Of a stretch of 14,246 nucleotides of DNA, positions 7,621 to 14,246 are shown piece after piece. The stretch comes from a virus (Duplodnaviria > Heunggongvirae > Uroviricota > Caudoviricetes). The notes under the pieces were generated by a model. That model made no database searches, was not told the origin of the DNA, and saw only the letters and a list, made by a program, of their open reading frames with translations. Every line of letters starts with the position of its first letter. Position 1 is the stretch's first letter. The position numbers and the translations under genes were made by a program. The DNA lies in IMG/VR virus record IMGVR_UViG_2541047787_000008; one strand, written 5' to 3'.

Positions 7621-8439
7621 ATGTTTGCATTGCTGATCATTCCACTTTTAGTAAGTGGATCCTTACTGGTTACATCGCCCCATAACATCAAATTATTCTA
7701 TCGACTCCACCGTTACGACGGCCAGCTTCTCTATATGAAGGTGGCCACGTACGGTGTGTACTCGTTCATTGTTGCAGTCGTGCTGGCGTATGCAACCAAG
7801 TACTTTATACCAAGCCTTACACTGGTCACATGGGTATCACATCTTATTGATGGTAGTGCAGACCCTAAAGAAAACAGGATAACATCATGGCTCATCCTGC
7901 TATCAGTGGCGACTTGTGGAGTTGCTTTTATTTGGTTGCAGATATGCAAATTTCGTATGTTTGTGGCAGCCAAAACTATTAGTTCTGCATCCAATAATGC
8001 AATTTCTATCAATTTCGCAAAGCAACTAATCAGGCTTAATGAGTTGGAAAAACTGTTGTCTGATGGCTCACTTGGTCAGCTATTCTTTGATTCAGCGACT
8101 ACAAACAGACCGGTACTGATAAGCCTGAAATGCCGCAAAGTATATGTCGGAACAGTTAACATGATTAGTGAGCCAAACGAAAAACAAGGCCCTAACCTTG
8201 AAATTTCTATTAGCCCAATCATATCTGGTTACAGGGACAAGGACACACTAAGGGTCCTGTTTTCAAATGATTACAACGATCTTGATGGAGTTGATACCAG
8301 TATCATATTTCCATTAAGTGAGGTTTCGCATGCTTCTTGGTTCAATATGGATATACATGAAAAAGTAGACAATAACCGAGAGAAGAAACCAGAAACAAAC
8401 CGCAAGAAAAAACGTAAATATGGCAGGACTACGAATTGA
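7621..8439 (+). CDS. Hypothetical membrane-anchored protein (272 aa), second gene of the cassette
   Basis: ATG 3 nt after the stop of the 82-aa gene (TAA caa ATG), suggesting coupling. Three hydrophobic helices in the first ~110 residues, a soluble C-terminal domain, and a Lys/Arg-rich tail (REKKPETNRKKKRKYGRTTN). No family recognised. Confidence 0.75.
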   Translation: MFALLIIPLLVSGSLLVTSPHNIKLFYRLHRYDGQLLYMKVATYGVYSFIVAVVLAYATKYFIPSLTLVTWVSHLIDGSADPKENRITSWLILLSVATCGVAFIWLQICKFRMFVAAKTISSASNNAISINFAKQLIRLNELEKLLSDGSLGQLFFDSATTNRPVLISLKCRKVYVGTVNMISEPNEKQGPNLEISISPIISGYRDKDTLRVLFSNDYNDLDGVDTSIIFPLSEVSHASWFNMDIHEKVDNNREKKPETNRKKKRKYGRTTN

Positions 8440-8513
8440 TAGTAAAATATCCGCAAAAGAGCCGTAAGAACCAACTTTAAATTTTATTCGTTATAAATCA
8501 ACGCATTGCAAAT

Positions 8514-8542
8514 ATTCGGACACGGGTTCAACTCCCGCCAGC
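8514..8542 (+). other. Partial copy of the ssrA (tmRNA) 3' end: attachment-site core repeat
   Basis: attcggacACgggttcaactcccgccagc matches the E. coli tmRNA 3' end (as recalled: ...TTCGGACGCGGGTTCAACTCCCGCCAGCTCCACCA) with one mismatch, but lacks the terminal TCCACCA and the upstream tmRNA body. Followed by the 14-bp palindrome ccaatcatgattgg at 8542..8555. Confidence 0.6.
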
Positions 8543-8673
8543 CAATCATGATTGGACGGTATAAGGACAACACCAATAAAAACAGTAAGTTAGCAGTCTC
8601 AGCAGGACACCGACCAGACGGTGAAGAGACATAAAAGGATACGCAAAGGAGCCGCGGCTCCTGGTGACATGAA

Positions 8674-8695
8674 AGCCCACAGATGTGGGCTTTTT
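8674..8695. terminator. Terminator hairpin between the att region and the autotransporter 3' end
   Basis: Stem gcccac / gtgggc (8675..8690) followed by TTTTT at 8691..8695 on the plus strand. On the minus strand the same hairpin is followed by TTTCAT, just downstream of the autotransporter stop at 8705. Confidence 0.6.
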
Positions 8696-8704
8696 CGTTG
8701 ATGG

Positions 8705-11700
8705 TCAGAACGACCAGTTCACACCAGCTACCCCGTTCCACGGGGATTCCACACCGGCACCATGGCTATACCCCACCCCAAGATGCCCGCTTAACGTACT
8801 GCTGAATGAGGCTTTAATACCTGCCTGGTATATTCCACGTCTGCCCGACAAATCATTGACGAAATTACCGTCACTATTCACTTTCACCCGGTTATCATCG
8901 ACAAATTCTTTGCGCACAGCCGCCTTCAGCCACGGCTCAACTTCCATACCGTTCCCCAGACGCATGTTGTAACTCAGCGTTGCACCCAGTTCACGATATA
9001 AACTGCGGGTATCGACTGATTTCGATTCCATGCCATTGGATAAATGATATTCAGGGTTATCAGCGGTGAACCCCCGTTAACGATGCATACGGCGTCAGGT
9101 TCCAGTTACCATCGGTAAATCGCATCCCGGTTTCAATGTGACCGCCCAGCCCGTAGCTGCGATAACTGCCGTTGGCGGCTCCACCGCTGCCAACCGTGGA
9201 GTCGCGAGCTTCGGTACCTGCTAATACCAATAAATTACCGCCATTTTCCAGCAACATATTGGTCGCTAAATTGCCGGAAATGGAAAAAGTGCCGTACTGG
9301 TGAGTACCGCTGATTTCAATACCGTTAGCCGTGCTCGTCTGGAGAGCGGCACCGCTGTTCTGGACGATATCTGTCGCTTTGCCATTATCGTTAACTGTCA
9401 GCGTACCGCCTTCATTGATCTTTGTTTTTATTGCCTCTCCGTTAGCTGAAACTGTTTGTATTCCGCCGTCGTTAATCGTTGTCTCATTCGCCACCCCCTC
9501 GACGATTTGTTCGCCGCCGGTGAGCGTCGTGCCTGTCGCAGTGGCTTTTGTTTTGACGATCTCCCGTCCGCCCGTATTGACCTGTGTTTTGTCAGAAGAG
9601 GTGTCTGACTCCACGGTTAACACGCCGCCATTTGCCAGCAGGATATTGTTCGCCGCACCCTGCTCGATGCTGAACGCGACGCCATCCGCGCGTGTTCCTG
9701 TGACCCGCGTCGCCCTGGTGGTTGCAACCAAAGCGCCCTGGCTACTCTGCTGTATCCCCGTTGCGCTGCCTTTCTCCCGCACATCGAGTGTGCCGCCGTC
9801 ATTAAGCACCGAGTTTTCAGCCAGACCGCCCTCATTAACTACCTGTGAACACCCATTAATAATGGAACCTTCCGCTATCCCGTTTGCCATAATTTGTTGT
9901 AGGCCAGAGACGATATCGGTATTGATCGCCTTACCATAATTCTGAACGGTTTGTGTGCCGCCATTGATGTGCGTTTTGTCAGTTGACCCACCATCAACAA
10001 TTTGTTCACCACTTTCAATATTTGCCTCAGTGGCTAAACCATATACCGTTTGCTTGCCACCTTTGATATTTGCTTTATCAGAAGTGGCACTGGCATATAT
10101 TGTTTGGGTGCCAGCACTATTAAGTACAGTGCCAACATCTTTTCCATAAACATCCATTTTGCCGTTGGCATTAATAATCGTATCAACTGCCCGGGAACCA
10201 GTGACGACTGTTAATGAGCCAGCGTTTTCCAGCACTACATTTTTAGCTTCTGAATTCCTGATGTAGAAAGCATCACCATAACTGTTGGTTCCTTCGATAA
10301 GGGTTCCGGAAGTTGTGGAAGCAATTAATGCGCCGCCGGATTGTTGCTCAACATGCTTAGCCTCACCACCGTCCTGAACCTCCAGAACGCCACCATTATT
10401 AAGTCTGGTGGTATCTGTTTTAGCCTCCTTCTGGACAATCAGCTTACCGCCAGCATCAACGGTAGTATTTTTCGCCGAGGTTTTAGCCACTACCGTCAGT
10501 TCGCCGGTATTTTCCAGCACAACATAATTAGCCTCCCCTCCGGTAATAGTGAAGTGAGAGAGCTTGTTGTATCCTTCAATATCAGTCCCTGCGCCCGTGT
10601 TGGCAACTAAAGCACTGCCCGTCTCCTGGTTAACCCCATGTGCAATACCGCCGGTATAGACAATCAGCGAGCCTCCGGCGCTAATATTGCTGCCAATTGC
10701 CGTACCATCTTTCTCAACAACTTGCTGGCTCCCGGAGGATATAATTGTTGTGTCAGCTTTCCCACCGCTTTTGATATTTTGCGTTCCGCTGTTGATATTG
10801 GTGCCTGTGGCTATGCCATAATTATTAAGATTCTGTGTGCCACCATTAATTATGGTATTTGTCGCGTTTCCTGCAACATCCATAACCCCGCCATTATCTA
10901 TTCGGGTCGCATCAGCTTTAGCATTCGTTAAAACTGACATTGTTCCTTTATCTTTAATAATCGTCTTGTTTGCGGAATGAGATACTTCTAAATGGCCTCC
11001 ATTTTCCAGCAACACATTGTCTTCCACTTTATTGTGGATGGAGAATGCACCTTCACTATTCGTACCGCTCACCGTCGTACCGTTAGTGTTTGTTTTTAAA
11101 ATTGCACCATCGTGCTGGGTAACATTTGTTGCCGTACCACCACTAACATCAAGCACGCCACCGGAATAAACTTCAATAACATCCGAGGTGCTGGTGTTAT
11201 CAACAATTTGCGTGCCACCAGAATAGATCTGCGTAATTTTTGCCGTTGACTTACTATTCAGAGACTGAGTTCCGCCTTCAATCGTCGTGTCCAGCGCACG
11301 GCTCTCATATACTCTTTGCTCACCGCCATTTTTAATGGTTGTTGTTTCTACTGTGCTCTGTTCAACATACTGTCGACCACCATTTATGGTTGTGTTCGTT
11401 GCCAGACTTCCTTGTACTACGTCCTGAGAGCCAGACTTATTTATCGTTGTACCATCAGCATGCCCTTGAACTTTTACTATCTGGCTACCACCATCAATGA
11501 GTATTCCATTCGCACTCCCTCCCTCTACGCGTGAAGCACCGCCCTTAATTGTCGTTCCATTGCTGATACCCCCTTTATAAACGTCCTGATTGCCACTCTC
11601 GATTGTCGTACCTGTGGAAATACCCCCGTCATGAATTGACTGTCTGCCACCGTTAATGGTTGTATTATTAGCCTGCCCCACAAAATTGTTATGACTTCCT

Positions 11701-11969
11701 ATATCTTGATATCCACCAGATTCAATAAGACTTCCATTAGATACCCCGCCATGAACATTCTGCTGGTCATGGTTGATAATATGAGTGTTATTTGTTGTAC
11801 CTCGTTCATCCACTTTTTGGTTGCCATCTACAGTCTCATCGTTTACCACACCAATAACATCAGGAGTGAAGGCCGCCATACCGGGCGGGGCATATATCAA
11901 GGCAGATATCAATAAGGAAAGTACTGAGCGGCGACAATAATGGGGACTGGTCCTGTTCATAAATTTCAT
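8705..11969 (-). pseudogene. AIDA-I-type autotransporter adhesin, disrupted by a frameshift near the passenger/translocator junction
   Basis: The 1009-aa track ORF 9060..12089 carries a signal peptide (MKFMNRTSPHYCRRSVLSLLISALIYAPPGMAA) and passenger repeats; the track ORF 8705..9031 in another frame ends in the autotransporter C-terminal motif ...GVNWSF. The two frames join across a C5 run (plus strand 9071..9075). Start chosen at the signal-peptide Met (11969 or 11960), not the track start. Confidence 0.75.
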
Positions 11970-12298
11970 CCTCTGAAAAGTGAATACTGAGTAGCGTTTA
12001 AGCGACCTTAGCTCTGCTGCAACATCAGCCCACAGGCACCAGACCAGGGGATTCATCCTGAAGAGACAGCGCAAGTGTATTGTGTTCACCGCTCATCAAA
12101 GACATCATGATGAAATGATGATATTCCACATAAGAAAGAAGCATTTTTTAAACGCAGTGCGCTGAAGTATGGTTGGATAAAAAAGTCAATCTATTCAGGG
12201 AATACGGGGGTATTCTTTTCTTTCGACAATCAGGTCGTCGGCAAAATAAAATGATTTACATAATCGTTTCTGATGAATATCTTCTGCTCACATAAAAA

Positions 12299-12540
12299 TC
12301 ACACAATAACTTTGAGATCGCAGATTCTTTTACTTTTACAGCATTCGTCCCCCCATTGTTGGGCAAATATAGATTGGGCCAGAGCACGAAAGTTAATACC
12401 ACGTTTGCACAGCTCCTCCAACAGCACGACAAGATGCCACATACTGCGCCCCAGTCGGTTCGGTTTACAGACTACCCGTGCGTCCACCGCCGATAATGTC
12501 CTGAGCAGTTTTTTCAGTCCGGACCTCCTGCCACGGTTTT
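12299..12540 (-). pseudogene. Serine invertase/resolvase remnant (Pin/Hin/Gin family), frameshifted and truncated
   Basis: Minus-strand translation gives ...RSGLKKLLRTLSAVDARVVCKPNRLGRSMWHLVVLLEELCKRGINFRALAQSI, closely resembling the catalytic-domain core of Pin-type invertases (...[33 protein letters not shown]...). The N-terminus is missing and the frame is lost at a G6 run. In K-12 a pinH remnant lies beside the ypjA autotransporter, from memory. Confidence 0.6.
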
Positions 12541-12872
12541 ACGTTGAAGAGGTAACCCTGAGCACGCAGTTCATCAGTCAGGCGTGGTGTACCGTAACCC
12601 TATTATTGATGGGTAAGATCAAAAAAACTTTCAGGCAGCTAAGGAAAGTTGAACCAGACATTAGAATAAATATTTCAACCAATTACAGCACCAATTCAGA
12701 CACCGCCAGCTCAACAAATAAATCAAGGGGTTACGTGAAAGCGTAGCCCCTTTTTCTTTGGTAGTGGCAGCAAAATGGTTGTAGTGTAAAAAATAATCCC
12801 GTTTAATCAATCAATAATACATATTGTTTCAATCTACGTTATTATCTCTTTGTAAAAATAGCCATTTATTAA

Positions 12873-14246
12873 TCATTGAAAACTGCTTTTAGAACTTGAT
12901 ACAACGGGACTAGTCACAACAGGACTATTCTCAACGGGATCATCCTCAGAGGAACTATCATCAAAGTCATCATCCATAAATAAAATATCATCGAATGGTG
13001 CCACGCCCGTGATGAGTTTTATTTTATTATTACGATCAGTCAAGACTCCACTTAAACCGTTTTCGCTCACAGGTTTTAATGATTTTTCATTACTCTTGTT
13101 GTAAGCAGGCGCATTAAAAATACACGGAGTATCAAGATCAAACAATGACGTTCCCCAGTTCACATATTGAATATCATAGTTACTGAAGTTCTGTCCAGAA
13201 AAGAAGCATCCCTTAAAATCCAATCCACCTAAATTATATAAACCATCCTCTTCTTTTTGGAGAGTAATGTTAATTTTGGCTATCTCCCGGACATCATCGC
13301 CATTTTTATATTTGAATACCGTTTCAAGATTTTCCCCACACAGTTTGACTTCTGGAAATAATTTGAAATCAAAGCCTATATTATTATGTATCAACGTAGA
13401 TGAACAAAAGATGGAGAAAGCTTGCAGTGCTGAATTATAGCTTTCGATTTTATCCTGAGGCTGCGCTCTTGGTAAAAACTCATAGCAACATTCATAAAAA
13501 TTAAGTAGAAACTCTGAAGACCTTCCATTTTTATCAAATAATATCCCCTTGAACTCATTCACAAACGCATCTTTTTTTTCTTGAATATCTATGGGGTGTT
13601 CCTTTGACTCTGACAAAGATGAAATCTCATCTATTTTGTTTTCATATGAATTACGTGATTCCATACAGACATTTGGCGGCGTTTCTAAAATAACACTACG
13701 CGTACTACTTGGCTTAAGTAAACCAACATGAAAATCACTTTTTCTTATATTATCGAAAAGGTTCTGTTCATTTCTTTTAGCGCATTCAAAAAACTGATCG
13801 GCATTATTTTTATTCGATAATTTTTTAGTTTCAGAAAACACATTTTCATTGTTTTCCAGCTTTAGTTTAATGAGAAGATTTTCCCAGACCTGCTTGCTTA
13901 AACATATTACGTCAGGCTCACCAGAACTAACTAACTCGTGATTATTATTAAAGTGTACGTTGAATACCTTTAAGTTATTTTCACCAACTTCATATTTAAT
14001 ACGTTTTAATTGTTCTCCAGCTCCCATAATGACAAAGGCGTTGCCTTCTTGATATATACATTCAGACATCATTTTTTGTAAAGTTTCAAGAGCACCGCGA
14101 TACGTCTCTGATGCAGCTTCCTTACAAATTAATTTTAAAATACTATGAGCTAGTAGCTCCATGTGTTTAGAAGATTTATTTTCATTATAACTTCCACTAC
14201 CCAAAACTGCGCTAGCGTTAAATCCGTTGCTTTTACTAACTAACAT
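12873..14246 (-). CDS. AT-rich hypothetical protein (at least 457 aa; N-terminus at or beyond the window edge)
   Basis: Long open frame on the minus strand reaching the window end. AT-rich coding sequence, acidic Ser/Asp-rich C-terminal tail. No family recognised with confidence. Confidence 0.65.
   Translation of the reverse strand: MLVSKSNGFNASAVLGSGSYNENKSSKHMELLAHSILKLICKEAASETYRGALETLQKMMSECIYQEGNAFVIMGAGEQLKRIKYEVGENNLKVFNVHFNNNHELVSSGEPDVICLSKQVWENLLIKLKLENNENVFSETKKLSNKNNADQFFECAKRNEQNLFDNIRKSDFHVGLLKPSSTRSVILETPPNVCMESRNSYENKIDEISSLSESKEHPIDIQEKKDAFVNEFKGILFDKNGRSSEFLLNFYECCYEFLPRAQPQDKIESYNSALQAFSIFCSSTLIHNNIGFDFKLFPEVKLCGENLETVFKYKNGDDVREIAKINITLQKEEDGLYNLGGLDFKGCFFSGQNFSNYDIQYVNWGTSLFDLDTPCIFNAPAYNKSNEKSLKPVSENGLSGVLTDRNNKIKLITGVAPFDDILFMDDDFDDSSSEDDPVENSPVVTSPVVSSSKSSFQ

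Larger units (their letters stand above)
1..8513. mobile_element. Lambdoid-type prophage segment (immunity region, early-left operon, xis-int, int-proximal cargo); its left end lies outside the window
   Basis: Gene order cro-like / operator / cI-like / terminator / pL-like promoter / early-left genes / xis overlapping int mirrors the lambda int-to-cro layout; a 29-nt ssrA 3'-end-like att copy sits at 8514..8542. Right boundary is inferred. Confidence 0.7.

Noticed and set aside
7731-8474. Minus-strand ORFs 7731..8012 and 8271..8474
   Set aside because: Antisense to the 272-aa membrane protein gene.
8514-8542. A complete tRNA or tmRNA gene at the ssrA-like segment
   Set aside because: Only the 3'-terminal ~29 nt match; the upstream sequence is unrelated to the tmRNA body and the CCA-proximal tail is absent, so it is an att-type partial copy.
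8484-8972. Track ORFs 8484..8741 (minus) and 8685..8972 (plus)
   Set aside because: They span the att copy and terminator, or lie antisense to the autotransporter C-terminal frame.
9331-11915. Multiple plus-strand ORFs (9331..9939, 9955..10149, 10341..10610, 10638..10931, 11316..11534, 11691..11915) and minus 9617..9835
   Set aside because: All lie inside the autotransporter passenger-coding region in the wrong strand or frame; repetitive GC-skewed sequence generates spurious ORFs.
12273-12746. 157-aa plus-strand track ORF
   Set aside because: Antisense to the invertase remnant, with a low-complexity product.

Overview
This window reads as the int-proximal end of a lambdoid prophage, followed by a partial copy of the ssrA (tmRNA) 3' end and then decayed island or chromosomal genes. 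Left to right: a partial early-right gene, a CII-like gene and a Cro-like gene (minus strand); an operator region; a CI-like S24 repressor (plus strand, apparently leaderless); a terminator and a pL-like promoter carrying the same TGTACC operator motif; two mutually exclusive small ORFs; a GC-rich structured non-coding island; three early-left genes (120 aa, a 274-aa protein, an HD-domain hydrolase); a very AT-rich membrane-protein gene; overlapping xis-int; and a promoter-equipped two-gene cassette (82-aa soluble plus 272-aa membrane-anchored protein) between int and the ssrA-like att copy. Beyond that lie an AIDA-type autotransporter disrupted by a frameshift in a C5/G5 run, a serine-invertase remnant and an AT-rich ORF running off the right edge. 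The best candidates for an undescribed system are the two-gene cassette (7369..8439) and the AT-rich membrane protein (4823..5689); I cannot assign either to a known family by reading the sequence. All family assignments are from motif recognition and recalled homology, not from searches.
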